From Octopus bimaculoides (taxonomy: Eukaryota): DNA of 64,000 nucleotides. The position numbers and the translations under genes are program-made. Shown one piece after another: positions 25,675 through 38,852 of this stretch; position 1 is the stretch's first letter, and every line of letters starts with the position of its first letter. The notes beneath the pieces are model-generated. The model had not been told where the DNA came from, made no database searches, and saw only the letters and a program-made list of their open reading frames with translations. The stretch lies in contig NC_068991.1 in the NCBI RefSeq assembly GCF_001194135.2, forward strand, positions 64,178,103 through 64,242,102, in the 5' to 3' direction.

Positions 25675-27024
25675 TTCTAGAATCTACCATCTTGTAAAAG
25701 TCTAAATACTAGACATGTAACAATATGTAGGAAAATAATGTTTTCAAGATGACAAGATGCGCTTTAAGGGAGTTTGACTTTTGTCTATATGGGAAGTCGC
25801 ATGTCATGTAACAGAGTAGATATTACGCCATTGGCTCTATGTTTTACCTGATTAGATTCTTATTGAGATATCAGAGATCAAAGCTTGCAAGATCTTCCAT
25901 TTTACACTGTCAGTCACTCGAATTCACTGATGTAGAAGCATGAAAGTTGCATAATTTCACACCATCACCCATACATAAATTGTAGCACATATCTTAAAAC
26001 TTTTTGCACTAACAGTGAGTCGTTGGAGGATTAATGGAATCATTTTAAATATTTATATTCTTGTCAACTGACATGTGTCACATTTTTACTGCTTTAATGC
26101 CTGAGCAAAAAGAAAGTAAAATAACTAAAGAAATAGACTTTTGTGAAACTGATGCCTTTAAATGTATTTATTTAATATTTATGATGTGACTGAACATAAA
26201 CATGTTTTTTAAATTGCCAGCTAGTTTCAACAGTCAATAAGATCCATCTGTAATTTCTTTCATAAACAGAACTACCAGCACTCTAATACAATCAGTATGT
26301 TTGTGGTCCTGACAGACGTGTGGACATTGATCTATGATATTAACATATGAAGCTGAACAGAATCAATTAGTGAGAAAAATAAAATGTAAATGTATGCGGG
26401 TGATAATGTGTTGAATTTAGTTTAGTAGGTTGCTTGGTACTTCCAGTTAGTCGAGTTTGTCAAGTAAACGTGCAGTCTATGCAGAAATACTGACCAAATA
26501 TATGCTAAATAATAATGACATTCCATTGGTAAAAAATGTAGGAATTTGTTGAGGAAACTAGGCTGAAGCAAGAAAGGAAGAATGATGTAAATAAGTGCAA
26601 GAATGTTATACAAATGAAAACAAAAATCAAGTGTATATCGTATATGCATATGCATTTATTTGTTTATTTACGTGTTACTTCTATAGGTAGGTTAGCTCGG
26701 CATTGTGGATTACTTCACTGGAGGAATGAATTTACGTAAAAAGTTTAGAATGCAAGAGAGATTATGGATTATGTGATGTCGTTACATAGATAGGTAAATT
26801 ATAAAACAAATAACAAAAACTTTGATGCTCCGGTTTTATTTCTATTTTACGCAGCTTCAATCTCATCAAAATCATTTTAGAAATAATGTCTTTTCTTCAT
26901 ATTCCGTGGGTACAGAGAGAGTTACTTTGAAAGATTCTTGAAGGATTCGGTCGAACAAATCACCCCAAAGCGCTTCTTTGCTAAACCTGGTACTTTATCG
27001 TTTTCATTTGCTGTAAAGAAACTA

Positions 27025-27273
27025 ACACCGGTTGTCAAGCGATAGCGGGGAGGAAAAAGAGATACAGACATACAGACATACAGACATACGCATACATACA
27101 TATACGACATGTTTCCACACAGTTTACGCCTACCAAATTTATTCCCATGGCTTTGGTCGCCTAAAAGCTATAGTAGATGACGTTTACTTTAGCTATGTGC
27201 CACGCAGTGTGTCTAACCCCGAACCTACGCAATTGGAAAGCGAGCATTTTAACAACACAGTTACGCCTGCGCT
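27025..27273 (-). mobile_element. SINE family A, diverged copy with internal (CAGACATA)/(CATA) repeat
   Basis: 'ccggttgtcaagcgat','ctaccaaattt','gctttggtcg','gtgccacgcagtg','aacacagttacgcctgcgc'. Confidence 0.8.
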
Positions 27274-29246
27274 TGATTTCCAGTTTACTTCCATTGTATT
27301 GCACCTTGCTTTGGTATCTTCGATCTTATCGTTGAGTCGACCAAAACCTTATCAGTGAAATCTGATACACGGAAGATGTATGGAAGCCCGTCAGAAGGGA
27401 CGCTCCTGTTCTTTATCGGTTCGGGTTAAAAGTATCTTCTAGTGCTCAAGTAATCTTAGGTGACATCACTCTATTGCAAGCGGCCGAACTTGGTCTCTGG
27501 TCTATGAATAACTTCCTCACAGCCTTTCATTCTGTAACTTCGAAGGCCATTAAAGGGTCATGAGTACTGTACCTACATTACTCTGACAAGTCAGTAAAGA
27601 CATTCTAAATATTAACTACTCTGAGATTAGATAAAGCGATTTGTTATTTGAAGAACGAATGAATAATTTCGGGGATGTACTTGTCTGGCAAGTAATTTGA
27701 TCAGAGACTGTATATTGAAACTAAAGTAATATCAACGTTGAAGGCACATATTGGTTCTTTAAAAAACACACAAAAACTATTAACTTCACTTAAACAGTTA
27801 TTTTTTTATTTTAAAATCTTCGTCGAACAATTTGCAACCTAGTCGCTGACACTGTTCCACTGAGATGCAACAAAGTACTATTTTTATGCAAAAATTAAAT
27901 CATTTTGTAGTACAATCTCTATGTAATAGCTTAGCTTTCCAAGAGAAATAAATTCAAGACTGAGAGCTTGTTGAGACATTATGCTGTTCGATTAATAGTT
28001 CATCATAGGTTACACGTTACATCCATGACCAATACCCTTTATTTCTCTGATAGTACTCCACGAAGTAAATAGATGCTACGATGAAAAGACAAAACAAAAC
28101 GACACATCGCTGTGGATGTAGATGATAGTGAATAACTTATAATTTAGTCATCCTGTCATGAATACAACTTGCCATAGAACAATTATTAATTCAAACAAAG
28201 ACTAGAAATGCAATGCTTAATGTCACAAAACTAGGTTAATTAGTCACACGTCCCCCAGCATGGAGGGTATTTATAAAAGCCAGGTTATTTACACAAAGCA
28301 TCTCGTGATGAAATTTCACGCTCAAATTCACTCCAAATATCATCTCGCAATGTCTCTTCCTAACACTTTACCATCATACTCAACTGGCCTGTAGATCGAA
28401 TATTTTTCTGCTGTTGCTTATGTTATTTGGTTTAAAGAGTTTAAATATTTAACATTCCCCAAGAATCGATCTGTATCTGCTGCGAAAACCTATTAATCGA
28501 TTCTGACATTTTAAAATATATTAGATTATCAACGAAATGTGATAAACATGGGAGTTAACCATTATACAAAGCCATTATAAACAAGAAACAACAGAATTTG
28601 ATTATCAATTATTTATAAAATCATAAAGATCCATAATGCGATGTTTGATTCATTAGTAATATTAATTGGATTAACGATAAATCTCCTATTCTCGGCTAAG
28701 AGAAAATATCTTTCAGGAAAGCAGAGTAAGCGCCCAGTTTATATTCGTATGTGAAGTGAGACATAATAAAATTAAATGGCCAACCAAGAAACACAAAGAA
28801 ATTCTACTTCAAAGAGGGTATACCATGTAGTCTTTCCATTTGCTCGAAATAGAAGCCCAAACCCGCTTAACATTAGCGTCCATACACAAGATATTCATTT
28901 AATGTATTTTTGATACGGAATTCTCGAAACAGAAGAAAAACAAGATGTAATCATGGCTGCAACTCTTTTAATTGTACGTTTATTAACTTAGAGCTGATCA
29001 AGGGCTACACACATCAACAATGATCGTACTTAAATTCATGACACACAAATCACCAATCCAATGCCACTTCTTGTCATTTATTCATCTTTTTTTACCCCCT
29101 TTATGAAAAGCGAATAACAGTAGGATTTGCTGACAGGAGTCAAACATTCTGTTCAATGCACTTACGACTTTGCACATTCACCACTTTATGGCACGAAAGA
29201 GTTCAAGGCATTTTCAGATGTTATTTCAATTCTGCCATCGCTTCAT

Positions 29247-29617
29247 TGTTGTTGGCACTCCGTCGCTTACGACGTCGAGGGTTCCAGTTGATCCGATCAA
29301 CGGAACAGCCTGCTCGTGAAATTAACGTGTAAGTGGCTGAGCACTCCACAGACACGTGTACCTTCAACGTAGTTCTCGGGGATATTCAACGTGACACAGT
29401 GTGACAAGGCTGACCCTTTGAATTACAGGTACAACAGAAACAGGAAGTAAGAGTGAGAGAAAGTTGTGGTGAAAGAGTACAGCAGGGTTCGTCACCATCC
29501 CCCTGCCGGAGCCTCGTGGAGCTTTAGGTGTTTTCACTGAATAAACACTCACAACGCCCAGTCTGGGAGTCGAAACCGCGAATCCGCTGTCCTAACCACT
29601 GGGCCATTGCGCCTCCA
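29247..29617 (-). mobile_element. SINE family B (tRNA-derived), full length
   Basis: Minus strand starts 'tggaggcgcaatggcccagtggttagg' (A box) and 'ggtttcgactcccag' (B box), and ends in an (AAC)n-like tail. Highly similar to 54871-55216. Confidence 0.92.
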
Positions 29618-29627
29618 CCTATCGCTT

Positions 29628-29659
<32 letters not shown>

Positions 29660-29660
<1 letters not shown>

Positions 29661-29772
29661 GCCTTTCTCCTATAGGCACAAAGCGGAATTCGAGCTCAAA
29701 ACGTAACGACGGATGAAATGCTACTACGCATTTTTTCCGTCGTGTTAACAGTTCTGCCAGTTCACCGTCTTA
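29660..29772 (-). mobile_element. SINE family C, internally deleted copy
   Basis: 'gcggaattcgagctcaaaacgtaacgacggatgaaatgc..gttctgccagttcaccgtc'. Confidence 0.7.
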
Positions 29773-31088
29773 GCCTTCTCAATAATAGCAACAGTAATAT
29801 GTATTTCTTTATCAGCTGAGCTCTTCCACTCTAAAGTGAGAAGACATAAGCTGCTTAATATGTGACCGGTAAATTTAACACAATTAGTATTTGAACAACA
29901 CCCTAATTTATTTATCCAGTCCTCGTTGTTTCACCGTATCCACCTGTCTCAATAGTGATGAAATAGTCATATATCTAGAGAGGTTTTTGTAGATAAAATG
30001 TACTCTAGTATATGTTATGTTATTTTGTTGGCCTTCGAGGCACAAAAAGCAAAGCTGACCTGCATGAGATTTGAATTCGGAATCTAGCGGAAGATGAATA
30101 TTATATATCATCTGATTTCTTACTTTACTTGCCACTATTATCTCCGTATTTTCTCTCTAGTTCCATAGTTTGGAAATATAAAATAACATTACAGCAATAA
30201 TTTGAATTATTTACTCTTAAAAATCATTTATGTATTATTTTCTAATACCTAAGCATTTACGAAAGATACCATAAGATAATTACATTTACATTCTCGGTTT
30301 TCAATGGGAAAAATGTTGTGTATTTGGTCGAAAAATAACAAATCAAGAGAAATAGAAGCTACTCGACACGCCGAAGAATTTCTTAAAGAATTTTAGACCA
30401 AAAGAGTAATAAAGAAAAAAAAACACCTTTGACACCTTTGTTATACGATAATATTCTGCTATATGTCTCACCTTTTTACCTCTTGCTACTCAAATATCAA
30501 AGCACAGGCGTGATTGATGTTTAGTATTTCAAAACCAGATAGATATGGCTACAAAACGAAAATTACTATTGATTTTTAAATCTTTTCTGATGTGTTAATG
30601 TTGACCTATACTGAATTAAATGCTCATTCATATATGTCATAACCAGTAGTACAATTACAATCTCAAATCAAAACTTGAAGCTAAAGTCAAAATAAACTTA
30701 AAACAACATCGAAATCATGAACTACAAAGAAATGTATTTAAAAGACAGAAAAGAAACAAAAATAAGAAATAAAATAGAAAAAGGAAAACATTTAAAATAA
30801 AGAATTACAATGTCATAATCTTTAATTATTTCTGAAATATTGGAAAAATTGTGGTTCCAAGTTCAGATGTTTCAATCTTTTAATCTTCTACGGATGTTTT
30901 ATTTGTGTTCTTTGAGCTAAGTTAGTTTATTCAATTAGCTGATTTGTGAGAAACTTATTATAACTTACGATTACCATTATATACAGCGTTCTGTGTTTTT
31001 CAACCTTATCGGTTCGCATCCTGCTGACGTACACTCTCTCTGTTTTTAAATGCGAGTACATTTATCTGTCATATTTCGAATAACTTAA

Positions 31089-31265
31089 GGTAATGAGCTG
31101 GCAGAATCATTAACATGTCGGACAGAATACTTCGCAGAATTTCTTCTGGCTCTCTACAAACAGAGTTCAAATAACGCTGGTGTCAGCTTTGCCTTTCATC
31201 CTTTCGAGTTTGATAGAATAGAATAAAAGTGAAGTAAAGGGATCTATGTAATCGACTACCCCTCC

Positions 31266-31267
<2 letters not shown>
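31089..31267 (+). mobile_element. SINE family C, partial
   Basis: 'gagctggcagaatcattaac','gagttcaaat','ctttgcctttcatcctttcg','atgtaatcgact'. Confidence 0.8.
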
Positions 31268-31296
<29 letters not shown>

Positions 31297-31342
31297 CATC
31301 GTACTCTTGTACGATAATTTGCAGTAATGTTCCGAATTAGAT

Positions 31343-31562
31343 AAGGCGAAAAGCTGACAGAAACGACAAGACGGCGAGTAAAATGCTTAGCGGCATTCCG
31401 TCCATCTTTACGTTCTGAGCTCAAATTCTGCCGAGGCTGACATAGACTTTCGTCCCTGCGGCGTCGATAATATAAGTAGTAGTCGAACACCAGGGTCGAT
31501 GTAATCGTCTTATCCTCACCCCCGAAATTACTGGTCTTGTGCCAAAATTTGAAATCAGTATT
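31343..31562 (+). mobile_element. SINE family C, near full length
   Basis: 'aaatgcttagcggcattccgtccatctttacgttctgagctcaaattctgccgagg..cttgtgccaaaatttgaaatcagtatt'. Confidence 0.9.
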
Positions 31563-32201
31563 TCGAATTATATTATCCCACCCACAAAATGAAACAAGGA
31601 TTAGGTAAGGCTAATACAGAACCTCTGTAAGTAGCAGATTTACTGCAATATATGTGTGTGTGTTTTACATTAGATTACCAAGTTCTAATTCATATACGTC
31701 CCCTACGAGTGACTTGACAAAGAAACGAGAATTAGAAACAGCCCTCAAGTGATTCTTTGGATGAAACACGTCTACAGATTTCGCATAGAAAAAAAAACAC
31801 GAACAAACAGCTCAGTTTTGGTGGGATAGTCGTAGGTTTTCTGTAAGCCTAGTACTGTAATCCAGCTCATTAATCGGCGCTTAGCTTATTTTCGTGACAC
31901 AAGAAGAAACACCATCACCGCTACAACCCTACCATCGCCAAGACCAACACCAACACCAACACAACACTTATAAAGATCATCATCGTCCTCATGAATACGC
32001 TAATTTCAATAGCATTAATCACATATTATGAAGAGATAAATAGGAAATTTAGATATATAGACATCTAATGTTTGACTTTATCGCAATTGTGCGTACGATA
32101 AAAATAGTCGATAACAAGAGAACATTATTGATGTGTGTGTATGTGTGTCTGTATCTCTGTGTATATGTAAATTCATGCACGCACACACACACACACACAC
32201 G

Positions 32202-32232
<31 letters not shown>

Positions 32233-32379
32233 GCACATACGCGCGCACATACGCGCGCACACACCATACACAGCCACACACGTATATATAGAGAGAGGGG
32301 AGGAGAAAGAAAGTCATGTATGTGCAAAAATATTCCAGACAATTAGAAAATTAATATTCGAGATTTTTATTATCATTAT

Positions 32380-32401
32380 TATTATTATAACTGTCTTCGT
32401 T

Positions 32402-32456
<55 letters not shown>

Positions 32457-32475
32457 ATAACAATAACAACAACAT
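32380..32475. repeat. (ATC)n microsatellite with (ATT)/(AAC) flanks
   Basis: Directly visible. Confidence 0.9.
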
Positions 32476-33189
32476 CAATATTAGCGACCGTGGCGGCGGC
32501 ACCAGCGTCGTCATCGTTGGAGTTGTGGAAGACTGTCACTTTTTCAACGTTTATTTTTCTTTACATTTTTTTAAATTTTGTTATATTCCGTCTTGCAGCA
32601 GATCGATATTGTAATGTACGTACAGTATCGATTAATTTCTGTGATCGTGTAGCAAAAAAAAAAAAAAGAAAAGATATACACACATTGTGATAACAGCATA
32701 CACTTTGGAGAACCGCATTCATTAGAGTCTGGTGAATGAATGTGTAATTCAGTCTTTTGTGAACGTTCACAATTTTCACGGCAAAACAGTTCGTGGGAAA
32801 TATTTTCCTTACGAACACTTCATAATCATTATTAATTCTTGAGAAAGGCATTAATACTTCATATTCTGCTTCCCTTTGTTATTTTCCAAAGATGTGCTAT
32901 TTTGTCTACATTCACCATCATATAAAGCTTTTTTCCCAAACACGCGTAAGGCTAAATATGGTGCGCTGCCAAAAACAGGATAACTTACATGATGTAATCT
33001 GTATATGTATCCTCTCTTCAAATTGCACCGATAGAGGCCCATTCGTATTCTACCCCCCTTGATATATCAGACAAATGTATATATGTATACCTTTATAAGG
33101 TTTGTATCAAACAAGTCCGTAACGTTAGAGGCTACAACGAAAGAAATAGAGAAAGGAGCCAAGAAATGCAAAGAATTTTTATAGTCAGA

Positions 33190-33760
33190 AAGCTTAAAAG
33201 ACTGAATATCATAGACCAGAAGAAAACAAGACGATGATCGTGAGTTCTAGAAATCAGGAGTTCGAAGGAAGAAGCTATTAGAATAATAGGACAAAGAGCT
33301 CGACAGAGAAATAATGCACCAGGGATGAGAAGCTGGTGATACGTTTAATGATCTTGGCTGAAGCTACTGAACCAGAAAGCTAGCCAGAGCAATGACTATC
33401 GGAATGCTTATAGAAAGCACACAACGAAGATGATAAAAATTCTACATCCTTGTAGAAAAAGACGGTGCTCCATGTTAACAACCCGATTCTAAATTCAACC
33501 GAGCAAGTTGACACTCAGATACGATACCACCTCAAAGATTCAATACACGGTCGAAAGGTGGACTTATGAGATACAAGCACAAGAAACTTGCAAGCACAGA
33601 AGAAAGGTCCAATCTTCTTAGTAACCGACATGCAATGGATTGACCAAGAGAAGTCCTTGGTCGAAGTCAAACCAAGAAGTAGAATACTCTGGCTTTCTTG
33701 ATGATCAAACCCGTCCATATCATCGTAGGGAAGTAATGGCTGCCTACTTAAGTCTCAACC
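33190..33760 (-). mobile_element. CR1/L2-clade LINE fossil, RT C-terminal region
   Basis: LLGLTSTKDFSWSIH..KKIGPFFCACKFL..KSTFRPCIE (cf. LGL.F...LSW..HI..KKLG.L.R.....YK..IRP.LE); FYKHSDSHCS; YYSNSFFLRT..YDIQSFK. Confidence 0.75.
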
Positions 33761-35363
33761 ATCGTATTAAGAAAGAAAGATATGAAGTAATGTGATCAAA
33801 AGGTTGTTTGCAGATTAGCAAAATGTAGAATAGCAAGGGTTAGAATGCCTTTTAAAATAGGTCTGCTAGATCAGGGATGATCTGGCGTTAATCAACAACA
33901 ACAAAACTATGTGTGTCGTGTCCAGAGTGATAATAAAATCATAGAAGGTGAAATTGTTGTTCACGTCGTGTCGCCCAAGGTCAGCTCAATTAGAATGCAA
34001 GCTTTTATGTAGTTTCTCGTCATGGAAGACGAAGTAAACAAATCTTCGTATAATCACATTCTATTATCTTGAAAGGAACCAGGAAAAAAATTGGAGAATT
34101 GTTAGTGGATTCAGTGCATATAGGAAAAAGACTGAATCGACATGGTTGGAATGCGTTTGACTACGAGTCTGCAGAATGGATTTTGACCTGAGGTTAAAGG
34201 ACAACTAGCACAGCATCAATAATAATTATGTCAGATCAATTGACAGTGAAGTAGGATACTCCATGGAACGTAGCTTAAAGTTTCACCAGGAAGCTCTTTT
34301 TTAACTGTCTCTCACGTACCCACACACACATGCAGACGCACACACGCGTACACACACACATACACACACACACATGTACGTAGGGCAGTCAACCCGAAAC
34401 CGCCTCATTGTTTTTTGGTGAAATGTAAAGCTATTTCGTTCGCTCACTTCTTTCCATATTTAGAATGACAACGTACCATTACACAGACATATAATAAATA
34501 GCCCTACAAAGGAATTCGACTGAATGTGTAAAGATTTCCCTATAGGCTTTTTCACACCATACTTATGCAGTGAACGCAAAATCTGACTAGGCCACGAGCC
34601 TAGTCAAAGGGAATCGACTGTGAGAAGAAATGAAGGACTAACCATAGGTTAACATATTCACATGACAAGATGAACATAATAATGTGCTTCCGTTCAAGTA
34701 TCTAGCCATTTCACATCATACACACCAAAAGGGTCTATCGTAGTCTAAATAATAGAAATATGAATCATTTTTCTTCCTTTTTCTCTTTAAATCTGACAAC
34801 TTCTTCTGATATGAGAAATCAATAATTGTGATACACTTCAGTAGATATAGTTTTATGTCGGCAAATAAAACTTATTATATTTCGTAAAGTAATATCGATC
34901 TCTAACATTGGTAGTTAGTTCGAAAATTAATGATGGAAAAGTGCAATCTATTAACTGTGCCACGGTATAATACTGTTGTGTATAGTATTGACCAACATAC
35001 ATATCCATCCGTCCATCCATCCAACCATCCATCCATCCATCCATCCATCCATACATGCATGAAAACGGATAAATATATTATCTTCTACTACTGCAGCTGT
35101 TTCATTGAGAGTTTTAGAGCAGTGTAAACATGGTAAAATCAGACATGTACTATGTACAACATCCATATGAATATGAAATACGTTACAAAACTCTCAACTC
35201 ATCAGAGTTACCATACATATATATACTGTTAAATTATCTGTATAGATATTCTATAGAAATTATAGCCAGCATTGATGTTTTGCTACAACGTTTCGTATCG
35301 AATTGTCAGATGCAAACAAGCAATTGAGATCGAAGACAAAAATGGGTAATTATTATATGTGTG

Positions 35364-35412
<49 letters not shown>

Positions 35413-35413
35413 A

Positions 35414-35626
35414 CAGAGAGTGCTGAAAGGTCCATGGCTGTAGAAAAGAAGGTACAGGAGAGTCAGTTAATTATGATTTTATTCAACATATTCTCCACTC
35501 AGATTCACACATTTACTGCAGCGTCCTTCAGTTTTTCAAAGCAATGTAAAAGAACTAAGAAGGTTAGCCCTCCAACCACGCCTTCCATGTTACCCTTAAA
35601 GTCAGGAACATTTCAGCCCCACCTCG
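35414..35626. mobile_element. Short mariner-derived MITE (about 210 bp)
   Basis: TA-flanked with TIR-like ends 'cagagagtgctgaaagg'/'catttcagccccacctcg'. The minus strand carries the transposase end EYVE*. Homologous to 13945-14127. Confidence 0.8.
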
Positions 35627-35663
35627 TATGTATGTATGTATGTATGTATGCATGCAGACATAT

Positions 35664-36242
35664 GCAGGAAAGGCTGTATGGTAAGTACTTTGCTTACCAA
35701 CGACGTGGTCCCGGGTTCAGTCCCATTGTGTGCCTCCTTGAGCAAGTGCTTTCTACTATAGCTTCGGGCCAACCGAAGCCTTGTGAGTGGAATTGGTTGA
35801 AACTGAAAAGAGCCCATCGTATATATATGTGTGTGTGCGNNNNNNNNNNNNNNNNNNNNNNNNNNNNNNNNNNNNNNNNNNNNNNNNNNNNNNNNNNNNN
35901 NNNNNNNNNNNNNNNNNNNNNNNNNNNNNNNNNNNNNNNNNNNNNNNNNNNNNNNNNNNNNNNNNNNNNNNNNNNNNNNNNNNNNNNNNNNNNNNNNNTG
36001 TGTATGTGTGTGTGTGTCTGGGTGTCTGGGTGTGTCTGTGTGTGTCTGTTTTTCCCTCTACCATTGCTTGACAACCGATGCTGGTGTGTTTACGTCCTCG
36101 TAAATTAGCGGTTCTGCAAAAGAGACCGATAGAATAAGTACTAGGCCTACAAAAAATAAGTCCTGGGTTTGATTTGTTCGACTAAAGGCGGTGCTCCAGC
36201 ATGGTCACAGTCAAATGACTGAAACAAATAAAAGAATAAAAG
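35664..36242 (+). mobile_element. SINE family A, full length, with internal (TA)/(TG) microsatellite (partly gap)
   Basis: tRNA-like head, CORE-like 'ccttgagcaagtgctttctactatagc', central microsatellite, 3' part 'ttgacaaccgatgctggtgtg..aatgactgaaacaaataaaagaataaaag'. Confidence 0.92.
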
Positions 36243-36259
36243 CGTGTGTATATTTTTCT

Positions 36260-36560
36260 GAAAGGTCTTGTGATCTATATTGCCTGCTTAGATGTTACTC
36301 TTCAGCTTGTCCCTGTAGCTGAGCGTTGGTCGCCTAATATTCCTGGGTCCACTATGAAGCTGGTTTTATATGAGGACTTTGAGCATTCTTTCGACATTCA
36401 TTCTGACGAAATCGCCAGCGCAGTGCAATGTGACTGCATGAAGAAGCTCTTGATTACACCAATCTTTCATTTGCTAAACAGGTCGACATTAGAAACTCTG
36501 TTTTTTAGGGAGTAAGCGCAGATACTCCTGAGACATCCTTTATGGAAGACGTCTAATTAG
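36260..36560 (-). mobile_element. RTE-clade LINE fragment (post-RT C-terminus)
   Basis: LDVFHKGCLRSI..NRVSNVDLF (cf. L..FH.RCLR.I....W.DRVSN.E) and RRPTLSYRDKLKSNI (cf. GRP.LRYKD.LK). Confidence 0.7.
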
Positions 36561-36828
36561 TTATTGTGCCCCCAATAAGGTCATACAAAAGAATAGTAAT
36601 AATGACAGCTTTATAGACTAATCGGTACGGAGCCGACATTAGTACATTGGTGTTAGATTTAACGCCCTGTTATCACCTTATCCAATACGCGATGACAGAG
36701 CTTTGCCAAATGATAAATGTGCGTGTATGTGTGTGTGTGTGTATGTGTCTATGTATATGCATGTATATATATATACATGTATATGCATATATATTTATAT
36801 GTTTATACATATGTATATATACAATCTC

Positions 36829-37734
36829 GTAAGTAATGACAGCCTTTCAGAAAGAGGGAAAAAACTGCTCATCGAAACAAAACTCCGGAAAGAAACCAAA
36901 TCTGTCAGACTTGGACCGTCGGACTCTTACGCGAATTGATAGAAAGAATCACAAAAGTACAGCTCCCACACTTACTGCAGAGATTAATGATCACCTCGAG
37001 AATCCATTTTCCACAAAAGCTGCTCGCTGGGACCAGCACAAACTTGGATTTCACGGGAGGGCTGCAATAAAAAAACCACTACTTTCAAAAACAAATGTTG
37101 CAAAGCGTTTAGAGTGGAGTAAACACCTACAGAATTGGTCCCTAGAGCAGTGAAATAATGTTATTTTCTCGAACGAGTCATCGTTTACCTTAATTCCGAC
37201 CACCGGCCGAGTATACGTGTGGAAACAGCCAAAAGAAGCATTTGACCCAGACTGCCTTCTTTCAACTGTTAAACATGGAGTGGGGGGGGACTATATCTGG
37301 GAAATCCACCGTCTTAATGGTTTCCCTTCATGGCAGAATTAATATTCAAGACTATTTAAGCATTTTATCTGATTAAATTCATTCTATTGATGCAGAACTG
37401 TTTCCGGTGGGAAACGCAATATTTCAGGATGATAATGCACCAATTCACACAGCTAAAGTTGTTACTGAATGGCACGAGGAACATTCTACTGAAGTTGAAA
37501 ATCTTATCTGGCCACCACAGTCCCCATATCTCAATATTATTGAAGATTTATGTTGCATTTTAGAAAAAACAAATAAGGAGTCGATATGCTCCACCATCAT
37601 CACTACAAGAACTGGGGAATGTTTTAGCTGAAGAATAGACAAAAATTCCTTTAGGAACAATTCAAACTTTGTAGGAGTCCATACCTAGTAGAATTCAAGC
37701 TGTACCTACTGCCTAAGGCGGTCCACCCCCCCCC
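36829..37734 (+). mobile_element. Second copy of the same Tc1 (DD36E) family, 5'-truncated, 3' end runs into a gap
   Basis: KQNSGKKPNLSDLDRRTLTRI..HGRAAIKKPLLSKTNVAKRLEW; FSNESSFT; FQDDNAPIHTAKVVTEWHEEHSTEVENLIWPPQSPYLNIIE. Confidence 0.92.
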
Positions 37735-37968
37735 NNNNNNNNNNNNNNNNNNNNNNNNNNNNNNNNNNNNNNNNNNNNNNNNNNNNNNNNNNNNNNNNNN
37801 NNNNNNNNNNNNNNNNNNNNNNNNNNNNNNNNNNNNNNNNNNNNNNNNNNNNNNNNNNNNNNNNNNNNNNNNNNNNNNNNNNNNNNNNNNNNNNNNNNNN
37901 NNNNNNNNNNNNNNNNNNNNNNNNNNNNNNNNNNNNNNNNNNNNNNNNNNNNNNNNNNNNNNNNNNNN

Positions 37969-38009
<41 letters not shown>

Positions 38010-38689
38010 CACACACACATATACGTATATGTATAGAGATAGATATATTATTATGCGTACACCAGTAATAAATATTCATGTCTGGAACATATACAATCTA
38101 GCCACTGCTAATCAATTGCAAATTGTTTGTTCTGACAAATGACGTGATATAAATCTTCTGTGGTCTCGTCACAAGCCGTCAAGAAACGCCTTTGACAAAC
38201 ATATGTACAAATGTAAACAGAAGATAATATATTAATGTAATATCTTATGTGCATTTTTTTCAAATGATAAGTCAGCTTCTAGAGTAGCTTAATGATTTAT
38301 GTCTAAGCACATGATCCTGGAAAACGAAATGAAATTCACCAGAATGCTCGTAAGCAGACACACTCGCCACATACACATACGCACAAACAAACACATACCC
38401 ACATACAAATCTAAAAACGCATACACACACACGCGCACACATATACTTACATATATACATATATATGCATATATATACGCGTATGTAAATATATAAATTA
38501 TGCGAGAAAGAAAAGGGAATTTACGAGACACTTTATTCTGAACCACTCCGATCGTTTCTACCCATCTTGCACAGGTACCTTCTAGGTCAGATCTTGTATA
38601 AACTGTTGTCATGCGTGTCCTCAGGTAACTTTTCAAAAAGCACCTCGGCTTTTATTCACAGTGCCGCTTACTTCAATAAAACTACATAA

Positions 38690-38822
38690 AGACTTAGAAA
38701 AACTGAAGGACTGCTACAATTAATGTGGGAATGTGAGAGTGGAATATGTTGAAAAAAACCCCCATTATCTGCTCCTCCTGTATTTTCTTTTAGTCAAAGC
38801 CAGAGACAGTTCAGTTCCGTAT
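38690..38822. mobile_element. Fragment of the short mariner MITE family / mariner 3' end
   Basis: 'ggaatatgttgaaaaaa' (EYVEK) and 'tattttcttttagtcaaagccag' match the reverse complement of the left part of 13945 and 35414. Confidence 0.55.
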
Positions 38823-38852
38823 ATGTGTGTGTATATATATATATATATATAT

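Noticed and set aside
28262-28285. TATA-like 'gggtatttataaaagcc'
   Set aside because: Common in AT-rich DNA, with no downstream exon or initiator evidence.
29560-29617. tRNA-like sequences (also 18793-18860, 55150-55216 and SINE-C heads)
   Set aside because: They have A/B boxes but continue into SINE bodies and lack a complete cloverleaf, so they are SINE heads rather than tRNA genes.
34586-34608. 9-bp hairpin tgactaggc-cacga-gcctagtca
   Set aside because: Stems this short are expected by chance several times in 64 kb.
36246-36515. + strand ORF with plausible acceptor and GTAAGC donor
   Set aside because: The opposite strand is better explained as an RTE LINE fragment.
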